Assembly: GCA_029717555.1 (NCBI GenBank)
Contig: JAMDHS010000032.1
Coordinates: 1-64,000, forward strand
Direction of reading: 5' to 3'
DNA: 64,000 nucleotides
Origin: Peribolospora baueri
Taxonomy: Eukaryota
Positions within the stretch are counted from its first letter, which is position 1. Each line of letters begins with the position of its first letter. The position numbers and the translations under genes are program-made. Below the pieces are notes generated by a model that made no database searches, had not been told where the DNA came from, and worked only from the letters and a program-made list of their open reading frames with translations. This document shows positions 36,656-49,836 of this stretch, one piece after another.

Positions 36656-38760
36656 TCACTCGGTCTTGATTTTGGTGTCGAATCTGCGCAGGAGGAAGAA
36701 GATGACGAAGATGCCGGCGGCCACCGACGCGACCGCCACGGGTTTGCGGAGGTGGTCCGCGGTGGAGTAAGCGTAGCCGATCTGGATTCGCAAGGTGGAA
36801 GAGACGAATGGGGGTTCAGTGAGGAGGCCCGGAAAGGCGTCGCAAAGGCGGAGCGAGGCAGTGGAGGCTACCCACATAGATGAGTCCGCCGTGTCGCTCG
36901 GAGCAGTTCCTGCGCTTCAGCACGACACTCGGGCGGCCGATCGTGTCGAGGTAGGTGGTGTACACCTCCTCCTTCATCGAGTCGACTTCGAAAGGAAGGT
37001 GTACGCTCACGTCGCTGACGGAAGAATCGGGATGCGGGGGTGTGTGTGTGAGCGTCGATCCCTGCGAGCGACCGTCCGCGCAACTACACTCACGTTGCGC
37101 CCTCTGGCAGGACGATTCTCGTCGTGACGTCGTCCAAAGCGACGTCGGTGATAGGAGTCAAGAACGGCACGGCGATGACAAACTTGTTCGAGCCGGCCTC
37201 AACGTCTTTCCTGAGCCAGCCGCCGGCGCTGGCGGGAAGATCGTAGCCGACGGTGAAGTTGTAGTTCCAGCCTCCCAGAATGGGGTATCGGGGACGGAGA
37301 TCGAGCAGGGTGGGCGCGCCGGCGCCGGGTCCCGACCCGGGAGAGGCCGCGCGCACGGAGGAGGGCCTGAAGGAAGAGGTGGTCACATTGCCAACTTGGT
37401 CGACGTAGTACGGGTCGCGCACGCCCGGGGGGAGATGGAGGGTCAGGTCATTGAGCGTGGGAGAGTTGGCCTTTCGGTAGAAGGCGGCTTGCTGATATGC
37501 TATTCTGGAGAAGTGGCCCTTGAGGCTGTTCGAAACGACGGGGAAAAAGAGGTTGAATGAGATTGACTGACTGCCAAGGCGACGAGCGAAGCGACCGGTG
37601 ACCGCGACCGTGGCCGGAACTCACCGAGGGCCAGAGTTGGTGAGGTTGTACACGTCCCGCACGGCCAAGTTGTCACCCCAGTGGCTGACCTCGATGTGTC
37701 TGTCCAGTTCGGTGATGGTGACGACGGGCACCTCGTGCTCGTAGTGGATCCGGCCCTTGACTGGGACACCCTCCGGAGTGTACGCTTCTCCGCTCTTGGG
37801 CTTGGAGGGCGTCGCACCGATCTTGAGGGCCGGGAGGGGCGAGAAGGGACCAAAGGTGATGGTCGAGCCGGACTTTGTAGCGTGCAAGGTCGGCGAGTGG
37901 GAGACGATATTGGCGGAGGAAGACCTAGTTGACGCGCACGGTGGGTGAGTCCACGCGAACGAAGAGTGTCGATCGACGGGAAGCGAGTGAGCGAAGCTCA
38001 AAAAAGAAATCAGATATAGACCGATGACCACCCACCGGACTTTAACCCGGCCATTTTCGCCGCCATACACACTGCGCACGCCCGCATCGCCTTCCCAGAG
38101 GAGGAACTGCTGGTCGGACTGAGAGACGGTCTCGGGCAAAGGACGGACGACGTGGTTGGAGACGGTGGCGATGTTGAACGCAAAAGTGTCACCGGACTTG
38201 GGGGGGACGGCGACGGAGAAGAGGTGCGATCCACTGGAAGGGGGGGCAGGGGGGGGGGGGGATAAGCACGGTTAAGTCGTAGACGTCAGCGTCCTGTCGA
38301 ACGGGCGAGGCGAACATTCGAAGCGGCGGCCGCCTCGACCTGGCCATCTTTCCTCTCGCGGCCCCACGGGCGAGGAGAACGACGACGATAACGACGACGA
38401 CGGGATCGGATCTACTCACCTCGCTTCATCCCTTCCCTCGTCCTTAACGGCCAGCACACGTCCCGAACCCCTCTCCTTAGCCTGTATCCAGCTAAGCTTA
38501 TCAGCCTCGTCCCGGTCCAGCGCCACAATGTACCTCTCGGCGTCCGACCCCGCGGCGTCAGCGTCGGAGTGGCCTCGCTTGGCGGTGTACGCGGTGTTGG
38601 TGTGCGTGACCGAGCCGCCGAGCTCGACGGTGCGCACGATCGACGTGGGCTTCCATGCGGTCGGGGAGAAGGTGGGGGGGAGGGCGAGGACGCCGCCGCC
38701 ACCTGGGAGAAAGGAGGCGGCGGCAAGAAGGAGCGAGAGGAAGAGGAAGAGAGAGCGCAT
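36656..38760 (-). CDS. OST1: Oligosaccharyltransferase subunit ribophorin I, multi-exon
   Basis: Signal peptide, VRTVELGGS, IEVSHWGDNLAV, YYVDQVGNVTTS, PRYPILGGWNYNFTVGY, YLDTIGRP, a C-terminal TM segment and a KIKTE (KxKxx) end. Confidence 0.94.
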
Positions 38761-39732
38761 CTTTTTTTTCTCTCTCGTGCTGCGCTCGAATGGGGATGCC
38801 TAGCCTAGCCGAGGTCGTTCGAGGCGAGGGTGAGAAGGACGAACGGACCGACGTCCACGCTGGCCGTCCCAAGCTTCCAATGCGGGTCTGGCTCCGCCGA
38901 TCCGACCGCAGCGGTCACGTGCACACACTTGCTCGCAGCAGGATCCCATTGGTGGTTTGCACGACCTGGCGCAGGGGGAGGAGGGGGATATCGGTGTATC
39001 AAGTACACGATGGGGAAGACTAAGGAAAAGGGAGAACGGAAAGGCGGGAAAAAAAGGCGAGCGGGAAAGAACGAGAGGAACGAGAGGAGACGGGGGATGT
39101 GGAGACAGCGAGTGCGGGACAGAGTAGAGGAGACGGGAGTTTGAGGTAAACAGCAAAGCCCAAAGGGAAAGGAAACGAAGAGTGGGAAACGGGGCGAAAA
39201 AAAAGGGGGGGCGAAAAGGGAGTGGAGGCACCGGAAAACGGCGGAGACGGGCAGGCGGGGAGAGCAGAGTCGGTCGGTCGATCGATCGTCGCGACGAAAA
39301 CGAGGGGCGCCCAAAGGACGACACGGGGAGAAAGAAGAGGGACGTGATGGGCGTCCGGCGGAATAGGTAAAGTGAAAGAGACGAGACGAGAAAGGAAGGA
39401 GAAAAACGCGGTCGTGGGTTCGAACGGATGGATGGTTGTGCTGGGCTGAGCTGAGAAGAGGAGAGAACGGGAGGGGTGGAGATGCGATAGCTGTACGGCG
39501 ACGAAGGAAGGGAGGACGAGATGGGAGACAACTGGCGGGTCCACGGGAGAAGGTAGGGAGGACGGGGGAGGAAGAGCACAAAGGGAATAATTGATCGCGA
39601 AACCAAAGCGTTCAAAGGGCGGATGGGAGGTCGGGTAGACGAACGAAGGAAAGGACGACATGAAGGGATGGTGGGATGCGGGCAGACGAGGATGGGACGG
39701 ACGGCGCAAGGCTGGCGCAAGGGCTACGCCGG

Positions 39733-42700
39733 CTACCCTTTGCCCTCTCGGTACTGCATCATCGCAGGATGGTCGACGTTGGTCGGCACGGCCAAGTCGG
39801 ATGCCGCGGCTGCCATGTGCGAGAATGGTGGGAGTACCATCGTTGGCTGCTGTTGTGGCGGTGGTTTTCGTTGTTGCTGCTGTTGTTGCTGTTGCTGCTG
39901 CTGTTGTGGTTGTTGTTGCTGAGAAGCCTGACCAGGGTGCCCGCTGCCGTCCCCACCGACGGCGGCCGCGGCGGCCGCAAGCTGAGGGTTATAGGGCACC
40001 CTGAACATGGGGATCGCGGCGGGCGGAGAGGGCTGCAGAGAGCTAGCGCCCGTCGAGCTAGAGGCGACACTGCCTCTGCTCACCCCACGCTGCGGTCCGG
40101 GGCCGCCGCCGTCGTGACTGGCTTGGATGGGAGGCAAGGTGATCGGGTAACCCTGTGGGCCGAACGAGCCGTGGGAGTGACCGGACGAAAGGCTGGATTG
40201 CGGAGCGTGCTGCGAGTAAGGATGGTACCGCGTCTGGGAGCCGTGCAAAGGCGACGCCGAACCGGCGCGATTGGCGGAGGAGGCCCGGCTGCCGGAGAAG
40301 TAGCCAGACGAGGGCGAGGCGATGGGCGATCGAGATCGCTTCTCGGCCGCGGTCATGTTCTCCAGGTTGGCGATCAGCTGGCTATCCACCGAGTGAGCCG
40401 AGCGCGCGTCCGAACTAGTCCGCGTCGAGTCGAGCGACGTTTGCAGACGATCGCCGGGGAGGAGGCTCGGCGAGAGCGGATGCGGCGGCGCGAGGCCGGA
40501 AGCGTTGACGGACGCGTAGGCAGTCGAACCGAGCGAGGAGAAGGACGTGGCTCGGTGGAGGACGTTGGGGTTGGCCATGAGGTTCATCGACGATCTCGCC
40601 GGACCGGGGTCGCTGTCGTTCGTCTGGTACGACGCCATCGACGTTCGTCGAGGGTCGAAGTGATCGTCCGAGCTGGACATGGGCTGATCGTCGCTCGAGT
40701 CTCCTCGCCAGGCTCCTCGCTCCGTCGGACCAAGACCACCACCACCACCAGCCCATCCGCCCGACTTGGCTTGTAACGACGACTGACCAGCGGTGGCCGG
40801 ATGAAGGTTTGACCGGCTCGTCCGGAGCATGGAGGGCAGCGTCGACGGGGCGAGATTGCGCTGTGGACCAAACGTGGGGCTGGTGACAAATTGGGTCATG
40901 GGCTGTTTGCCCTTGGCCTTCTCCGTCGGCGCCCCGGACGGCGCGACACCTCGACGTTCCGTTTCGGACTCGAGCGTGGTCTGAAGCCACTCCACTTCCG
41001 GGGGCCGTCCCTGCGGATTGCTGCTGACCAGCTGTTCGCGCTTATGCAACACCGCTCGCGCCCTCTCCCTCGCCGCTCGCTGCTGCGCCTCGCGTTTTGC
41101 CTTCTCTGCCTCCTTGCGCTCCTTCTCCGCTTCCTTCTTGGCCTTTTTGGGATCGACGGGGGCCAAAGTATCGCCGGAACCGGTGCCGGCGGGGTTGGAG
41201 CCCAACTGAGGGGCCGGCAGAGGCGGAGAGCCGGCCTGGGACAGTTGCGCTTGGCCTTGGTAATTGAGCGGGAAGGACATGAGGGACGAGTTTTGGGCGG
41301 GGGACGGGACGCCCTCGAAGATGGACCCGTCGTACAACGTCGAGCCGCCGTTCGAAGCGCGTCGGTGGATGTACCAAGACTGATGGCCGTTCGAACTGGC
41401 GTACTGGGACGCCGAGTCTGGAAACGCAGGGTATTGCGAGCCCCCGGAGCTGCGCGTGTCGGAGCCGAGTGTGGGGGCCCAGCTGCCGGAGAGTCCGGAT
41501 ATGCGTGTGCCAGCGCCGGCAGCGTCGGCGCCGCCGAAGCTGTATAAGGAACTGTTGGCCGGAGAGCCTGTCTGCTCGGCGTCCATCGGTACCACTTCGC
41601 CCGAATCCTCCCTCGTCCGCTTCGTCTCGCCGACGTGGGCAACGGACAGCAAGGCTTCCAAGCCCGAGTCGTACACCGTCCGCGGAGGGGCAGCGGCCTG
41701 ACCGTTGGTCGCCGCCGCCGCCGCGTTGCTCCCCACCACCACCGGGTTTCCGGCCCTCGGTGGTTGGCCCTTGAAGAAGGCTGCTTGTTGCTCGCTGAGC
41801 GGCTGCAGTCGGCCGTCGAGGTTCGCCTTGGGATAAAAGGGAGCGCGGTGGAGGGCGAAATCGCTGTTGACGGAGGGCATGCCTGGCACGGGCGCCCGCC
41901 GCTCGCCAGCGCCAAACGGAGGCTTGGTAGGTGTCGGATGGGAATGGGATGGCGGGAGGGCGCGGGGGGAGACGACGCTGGGGTGGGAAACGGAATCGGG
42001 GAGGGTGGAAACGTCGGTCTGTATGGGGGCGAGCACGGGCGTGGGTCGAGATGGAGCGGGGGGAGCGGCCTGCGGGGTCAGCGGCTTAAGCCGAGCGGCG
42101 ACCTCGGTGAAGTAGGCATGGTCCAAGCACTGTTGCGTCGTCAGTCGCGCCTTTGGATCGTATCGGAGGAGGTCCTGCATGCAGTCCACCAGCTGGCGGG
42201 GCACCGTGGGAGGGAAGAGGGAATGGAAATTCATGGGATTCGTCTGGGGGTATTTTTTTTCCGAAAGGGAGGAAAGGAAGGAAACGCATGAGCTTGGGCG
42301 CCGCCAGTGAGCTAGCTAGCGAAGCGCCTCGACAAGCCGCCATCGATCGGTGGGGGCGCACTGACCTTGGGGAAGGAAAAACCGACAGCCTTGGCCATCT
42401 TGATGCCTCGGTCCCAAGCACCTCCGCCTCTTCGCCTCCCTCGGTCGTCGTCGCCGTACTCGTCGGTGGGATCTCCGAGGACGTCGCAAATCCTGTACAC
42501 CTGGTCGACTTCGCTCTGACCGGGGAAGAGGGGTTTGAGGTTGATGACCTCTGCGAGGATAGTGCCTAGGGCCCACATGTCCACCGGGTTGGAGTAGTCG
42601 CGGGAGCGGAGGAGGACTTCTGGGGCGCGGTACCAGCGCGTGCTGACGTATTCGGTGTACGGGGGCTTGCTCTTGGTCTCCCTGGCGAGACCAAAGTCGG

Positions 42701-43957
42701 CGAGCTTGAGGATGACGATGACGTCCCTTTCGGGAGCGGTGCCGGGGAGGGCGAAGGGGGCAGAGGGAGGGTAGTCGGCGAGGCCGGTGGTGGTGATGAG
42801 CAGGTTCTCGGGCTTCATGTCTCGGTGGAAGAAGCCGGCGGAGTGGATGTGGTGAAGGCCAGCCATGATCTGGGAGAAGATGGAGGCGACGAGACCGCCT
42901 GCGAGCGGCCTGCCTTTTCGCGACTTTGTGAGCTGGTAGAGGTTGCCCTCCATGCACTCGAAGACGAAGTGAAGTTCCTTGGTCATCGGGGAGAGGAAGG
43001 CGTCGTAGAGAGGGATGATGTTGGGGTGGGACGGTATGGATTGGAGGGACTGAGGGGGGCGAAAGAAGAGGAAAAGGGGGGGAAGAAGAGTGAGCGATGG
43101 ACGGGCGAGAGAGCAAGCAAGCAGGCGGACGGTGCGTCGTCCGTCCGTCCGTCACCTGGGCACCACCCATCGGTCGACCGCTTTCTTTCTTTCTTTCCTC
43201 TCGTTCGTTCGTTCGTTCGTGCGTGCGTGCCTGCTGACGTCGGTCGCATCCTTCATCGTACGCACCTTGAGCTCCTTGAGCTTGATACATTCCTCCCAGC
43301 TCGGAAAGGGCTTCTTCATCCGCTTGATCGCGACGAGACGCTTGCCGATGTACTCTGGCCTCGTGGTAGGATGTTGCATCGGGCTGAGCATGGTGCCACT
43401 GGGCAAAGGGCTCTTCCAGTCGGCGAGACAGACGGTGCCGAAGGAGCCATCTCCGACTTCTTTGATGACGCTGTAGTGCCGGGGTGACGATGGGGAGAGG
43501 GGTACGGGCGGGGGATGGGAGACGGAGGAGACGCGCGCGTGGGATCCGTTGGTGAGAGGAGCGAAGGGCATGCCGGCGACGACGATGGCCGCCGCGCTGG
43601 GAGCGGGGGGCGTAGGAAGAGGAGCGGCAGCGGCGGTTCCAGCACCTCCACCGCCGCCTCGCATCGCCCACGCACGCAAGCGGTCGCTCGCTCTCTGTCG
43701 TCGCTCGCTGGCGTTGGCGTTGGGCTGGGCGAGGAGACGGAGACGCGTCCGGGCGTCGAGCGAGGGCGGGGCGGGGTCAGAAGAGAGGAGGGCTTGGAGG
43801 AGAGGTTAGAAGCGGGGTGGAGAAGGGATGGGAAGGAAAGAGGAAGGTGGTGTCGGATGGAGGATGATGATGATGGCTGGGCGTCGTCTGGTGTGCCGCT
43901 GACGGACTCCGGGGCGGAGGAGTGAAGGAACGGTGTTGTCGGTGTTGTCGGTGTCAT
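39733..43957 (-). CDS. Ime2/Crk1 (MAK/ICK family) Ser/Thr kinase with a long low-complexity C-terminus and poly-Q
   Basis: [41 protein letters not shown] and [15 protein letters not shown] (TEY). Start is either 43957 or 43572. Confidence 0.92.
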
Positions 43958-45812
43958 CGACCTGCGAGAAGCTGGCGGGCGGGCGGCGGCGGAAGAGAGA
44001 GGGCGAGCGAGCGAGCGAGGCGACGAGTGGTGGGTGGGTGAACTTTACATGGATGGATATGGATGGATATGGATGGGATTATTATATGGATGGGATTATT
44101 ATTATATGGTTATGGATATGGATGGGATAATATGTTGACTTTGCGCGTTCCACTTGGGCTTGACCTTGGCCTTCGGCTTCCGCTTGGGTTTGAGTTTGGC
44201 TTGGTTTGTTTTTTTGCTAATGGTAACGGTGATGTTTTCTTTTCCTTCCATTAGGTATCCTTTCTTGTCTTTTCTTTTCTTATCCTAGTAGTCTCCGTAC
44301 TCGCCCTATTTACAACACTACTTACCAGTGACACTCTTCTTCTTACCCCCCGCCCGCCCACCGCTTGCTCGCTCGCCCGTTTTCTTCTACGTCTGCTTTC
44401 AGTCCCGACTACCTCCGCTCGCTTCGCTCGAGATGGCGAGCCCCAGCCCAAGCCCGCCCAAGCCCGCCTTTGTACGCCACGTGCCCATACATACATACCA
44501 CTCATACCACTCCGCGCCTCCGCCCCATTACAACCATTACAACCCATTACAATTCCCCTCCGCCGCCCTTTCCCGTCGCATATTTCCGCCACGCCACTCC
44601 GTCCGTCCCAGTCCCCACCGCGAGGCGCTCGCTGGCCGGCCCGCGCGGAGACATCGCATCACGTCCTAGTCGGCACTCAGTCCGCCCACCCAAGCCAGCG
44701 CGGCCTGGACACATCCACATCCCCTCGCTGTCGAAAAAAAAAAACAAAAAGGGATGCACGGAACGCGGCCGACCGACGGATGGACAGCGAGCGCGCCTCG
44801 CATGCACACATGCAGACCACCCAGCGATGCGATGGATGAATGGATGGGTGGATGGATGGATGGATGGGCTCACTCAGCCGACGACGCCTCGCTCCCGACT
44901 TCCCTTCCACACCGCCTCCGCTCAGCTTGTTTTGTTTTCCGCCCACACGGCGCCGACCGACCGACCAAACAGACGCGACGACGAAGACGACAGAGAGAGG
45001 GACACAGACAGACAGACAGACAGACGCCAGGGCGCCTTTCTTATCCGCATTCGCCGTGCACCAGCGCATTGTCGTCTGTCTGTCTGCATCCTGTCTGTCG
45101 ACTACATTCTTTCTACCCTCTCCGACCGTAATGGGGGGGCGGATCCTTCCCTCCATGCTAAGGAATGTCTCCGCGGACGGGTTTCTCGAGTTGGACCATG
45201 GTCTACGTCGCCGTGCGGACGACCGCTCCCGTCTATCTATTAAAAGACGCGAACGAGCCAACGAACAAGCGAGGCCACGGGATATCTCCCACTGGACCCA
45301 AAACCGTGCTGCAGAAATGAACAGCCGCGAGCGCCGACGCCGCCTGTCACGGGCCAACCACGGCGGCCTCTGACCGTCACACCGAGAATGGACAAGTCAC
45401 ACCATCTTGAGCGCAATACGTGGGCCACTGACGACGGTCAGATGGCACGAGAGACAACAGCCTCCTCGCGCGCTCCACACGATCTGCGGATGAAAGAGCG
45501 CTGAGAAGAAGACGAGAATGTTCGCGAAAAGGAGCCCAAGGATGAAATGGAGAATGGGCGACGATCGAACGACAATACTCGTACTCGGATGGCACCGCGA
45601 AAAAGGAGAACCCCCGCAGCCGCAGCAACAAACGGTGCTGCGGCGGTGCAATTCCTGGAGGGTCTCCTGGACGGGAGCGCCGGCGCGACGACGAAGAGCG
45701 AAGGTGGACGACACTTGGCTTGGTTCTCCATAGATAGACAGACGCAGACGCTCCTTCCCATCGCCTTCGCTCTCGTTCACCTCGCCGTCCAGGAGACGTT
45801 ACTTTCGCACAA

Positions 45813-46401
45813 ATGAAGGCTCCCTCTTCCTCTCTCGTCACCCTCTTCCTCGCCCTCCTCGCCGTCCAGGCGGCCGTCGCGCAACAACAGGCTGCCTCCT
45901 CCACCGCCCCGCCGTCGTCCAGCGGCTCGGCCGTGTCGACCACCGCTCCTGCCTCTTCCAGCGGCTCGGCCGTGCCCAGCGCCGCATCCAGCGGAGCAGG
46001 CAGCGCCAATGCCACCGTCTCCGCCTCTGGCACGGCCAGCACAAACGGCACGGCGCCGACGGCGTCCAGAAACGGCACGCTGTCCACCACCACCGCCAGC
46101 ACGTTCCCCATCGCCTCTTGGACTTCTGCTGCCTCGCCTCAGGCTGTTCCAGCGCCCGGACAGACTGGAGCCGGCGTACCCGCCGGACCCGACGATGGGT
46201 GAGTCGGGCGCGGCGCGAGATCAGGCAGAGATCGAACAAATGAACGACCGTCGCTGACCACGAGTTCGTCCGTTCTTCTCCTCCACGCTCACGGCCAGCT
46301 ACATCGCCGGCGCAGCTCGTCTGCTCTCTGACGCCAGGCCCGTCGGCGCGATGGCCGCTCTCATCGTCGCCCTCACTGCTGGCGTCGTCGTCCTGGCCTG
46401 A
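45813..46401 (+). CDS. Small secreted Ser/Thr/Ala-rich, probably GPI-anchored protein, 2 exons
   Basis: Signal peptide, S/T/A-rich body with NxT sequons, intron about 46199-46298, hydrophobic tail AMAALIVALTAGVVVLA*. Confidence 0.85.
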
Positions 46402-47267
46402 GGCCCTCCCCGCTCGAGGAGAGGGGCTGTGCCAGTCGTCGAGTCTCTTCCTTTGGTTTGCCATGGTTTGCTGCTTTGGTCGTTTGGATCTCGATCGACG
46501 AGCGTGACGCTCGGCCCTTCGGTCATGGGGACCGCAAGACGTCCGCCCGTTCCCTCGTTTTGGTTCTCTCCGGACAATGGTTTCTGTGGATGTGGACTTT
46601 TTTTTTATCCCTCTTAACTCTCATGGACTCTTTTTTTGTAGGCTGCTTCTCCTCCCAATTCTCCTTTTCCCCTTTCCGTCCGCCTCAGGCGCAGCTACTT
46701 AAAAGCGAGAGGAACGCGCGATCCTCCCTTCCCATCTTCCATTCCCGTCTTCGTCTGGGCTGTTTTTTTATTTCTTTTATTTCCTGTTTTACTCCTCTCC
46801 TTCGTCACGGACCCTCCTTCCTCCCTCTCACGCGCACTCAGCATCGTATCCTACAACATCACATCACCCGAGTCCGAATGCATCTTCACCTCCGTCCCTC
46901 CCCTCCCTTCCACTTTTCGCTGTGTTGGACGCCGTCGATAACCGGCCCCCGGAGCTCGACCGATGCAATGTCATGCATGCCTCGTTTTCGTTCCTCCCCG
47001 CTTAGCATTCCATGCCGGCACGGACGTGGACGGGCTGGTCCGTGCGCTGTCCTCCCGTCCGTCCATCCGCCATGTCCCATCCATCCATCTATCCATCCCC
47101 CGTGGCGGAAGTTGGTTGGTTAGTTGGTTGGTTGGTTGGACGAGCACGGGGCAGGCCCGAGGGAGGATTGTGAGAGGGATCTAGAATAAAAACGACGGGC
47201 TGCCAGGCTCTGGCTCTGGCTAAGCTGAGCTGAGCGCCCTTTTTCCCTTTTCCCTTTTCCGCTCTCT

Positions 47268-49630
47268 TCAGCCGAGCCACCGGCCCACCTCATCCGTTCC
47301 GTCCTCGACGAGCACCCACATGGCATCGCCCCCGGCGGCGACGTCGACGATGCCGCCGGCCGCTAAAACTGAACCTGAGCCGGAGCCGGAGCCTGCGCGT
47401 CTGCTTACCCCGTCAGCTCCCACCCAAGAGCGCGGCAACACGACCTGCACGGGCTCGTGTACCCGGACGTCGCTCTCCGCTTGGCCTTGGCCACTCGTAG
47501 TTCCCGGAGATGCGGCCGTGAGCGACGAAACCGGCGCCGTCCCGAGCCTTCCTGTCGGCGTATTCAAGCCCCACACGAACAGGCGGTGATCATCTGCGGG
47601 AAGAAGACCAACAAAAAAAACGCCGCAGAGTTGTCGGCGATGGGACGTTGACGCGAGCGCTACCTGGTCATTTTTCGCGGAAGCGAGCCTCTCTAGGACC
47701 GCGCCGCTCACCTGTTGTGGCCCACGCCCATTCGAGCGTCGCGCCGATTTTCACGACGCGCTTGTCGGAAAATGTCTCAACCTGTCCAAGTTTGGCCGAG
47801 TACAGAGGATCGTCATCTAAGCTGGAGGGAGCCGATGCTTGCAACGGCTCTTCGGGCGCGCGTCCCAAGGCGCCGTAGCCGGCGGTGTAAACTTTGCCTT
47901 CGGCTTGACGTTGTCGATGAAAATGAAACGCGACAGGGTAAATAAAAAAAGTAAGTAATCAATACGGTCGTCCATAACAAGAGGGCCTCCCGACGGCCCG
48001 CATAAAGCGGCTTGACTCAGAACCTGCGACGTCGGCAGGCAAGGGCATCCGCGGATGCTAGCCAGGTTTCTGTCATCATCCTCTCGCTCGGCCTGCGCCT
48101 ACCTTTCGGCAGACCAGGACGGAGACATAGAAGGATCGGATGGCCCCTGGAAAGTGACATCACGTTGTCGCACACACATACAAAGACGACACGCTCTCCT
48201 CTTTCACTCACTGCTAAGGACGACCACAAAGCTTCCTCCCACCTTGATGTCCTGGATCCCACCACGGCCGTCCTCTCTAGCCAGCTCGGTCGGCAGGAGA
48301 TGGGTCACCTCGCGTGGCTCGCTAATGATGTCGATCGGCTCGCCTGAGAGCGCCTGAGCGTACTCCGAATTCCCCCAACCCCACACCCTACCTCGTTTAC
48401 TCCACACGATCGAAGTGTCCCCTCCCGCTGCCACGCCTGCGATCGCGTCTATGTCGGCCAAAGGGGGGCGCAGATGCACGGGGAGGAAGGCGTGCGAGAA
48501 GGATATCGAGGTAAAGTCTCGAGAAAGTTGCGCATCACCGGGAAAGGTAGGGGACCCGATGGTTCTGTCGAATGCCGTCCCAACACCCAGTTGCCCGTCT
48601 GTGTTAAGTCCAGTGGAGAACAGAAGCGGTTCAGACGGATTTGACGGGGTGGAGAGGTGTAGCAGAGTATGGTCGAGTCCACTAGCCACGTCTTCCACGC
48701 GTATTGGCGGTTCGACCCGGCTGTCAGCATCCAAGAGGGAAAGCAGCCTTCCGAGCTGTATTCGCTTCGGCACGGGAGCCATAATCAACCTAGGCTCCTC
48801 CGTGTCGCTGTTGGAACCAAGCGCGTTTCCCAGTCCTAACTGTCCTTGAGTGTGGTTGCCGAATGAGAAGAGCGCAGAAGAGTCTTCCCTTGACGAAAGG
48901 TAGAAGGGTGGAGAAAGACATGATCAAAACTCGACGTCGGGGCCTCGCCTCGGATGGGCGATACTGCGCTCGCTACTTACCGCCATCAAGGCCCGTGGTC
49001 ACTAGCCAACTAGTTCCCATCCCCGCCTTCAAACTATGTATCTCCCCCTCGTCGGCGTCCAGTTGTACCATACCCCGCGTCGCCTCATGGCTCTTGTAAC
49101 CGAGCCCCAGCTCTCCGTAAGCATTCCTGCCTGCGGAAAGGACTTTGTCGCGCATGGACTGCGCCGACATCGTTCCGTCGTTAGATTTGCGCGCCGATGG
49201 GCTGAGCAAAGAAGAGTAAAGCGGGCTGTCTAGTTTAGGAGTGATACGGGGCCAGGTGGAGGAAGGGGTGCGGTAGGCTAGCAAGGTGTGGGACACCGAG
49301 GAGGCGAGCTTGGTGAAGGACACGTACTGCACGCAAGCAAACACAATTTGTAAATTATCCTTCTGCATTTGCTCGTTCCGACGCTGAAAACATATCGCAG
49401 CAAACCAAACTCACACTATTCGCGTCTTCCGCCATCCCCGCCGCTTCGAGCCAACGTCGGGGCACTTCCCTGAGCGTCTCCGAAGTCTGGTCGAGGACCC
49501 GGCCAGCCCATAGGAGTCTTTGAATTGGCCTCCGCGCTGTCGTGGAAAAACCTCGAGATAATGGTCCAAGCAAACAAAGGCACACCAAGCAGTGGCGGTT
49601 GGGCGCTGAGGCAGCCTGTCGTCGAAGCAT
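47268..49630 (-). CDS. RCC1-repeat protein with a mitochondrial-type presequence (RCC1L-like), multi-exon
   Basis: SAGRNAYGELGLG, VASGLDHTLL, STGLNTDGQLG, VAAGGDTS..VWGWGNSEYAQ, LFVWGLN and VAAGGD. N-terminal RGFSTTARR. Confidence 0.82.
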
Positions 49631-49836
49631 GGCGAAGCTGCCAGAGGCGGTATCGTGCAAGAGCAGCGAGGAGCAAGTTGCAGGGATGAAAGGTAGTGAA
49701 CTGAAGTTCGTCACGTGATTTTAGCTCGGCACAAAGCGTGTCAGACGAAGGCATCAACTCTCGCACCTCTCCACACAACATCGCCATCTCACCTGTTCCT
49801 GCCCCCCTTCCTCTCGCACCTCTCTTCTCTTCGAAC

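Noticed and set aside
29849..43957. PRM10 and the Crk1/Ime2 kinase near each other as a possible mating-type locus
   Set aside because: No pheromone receptor, CAAX pheromone precursor or homeodomain gene seen; the intervening genes are housekeeping.
49681..49691. CAGGGATGAAA, identical to the maize Ac terminal repeat (near-match at 730)
   Set aside because: No inverted partner, target-site duplication or transposase; chance match.
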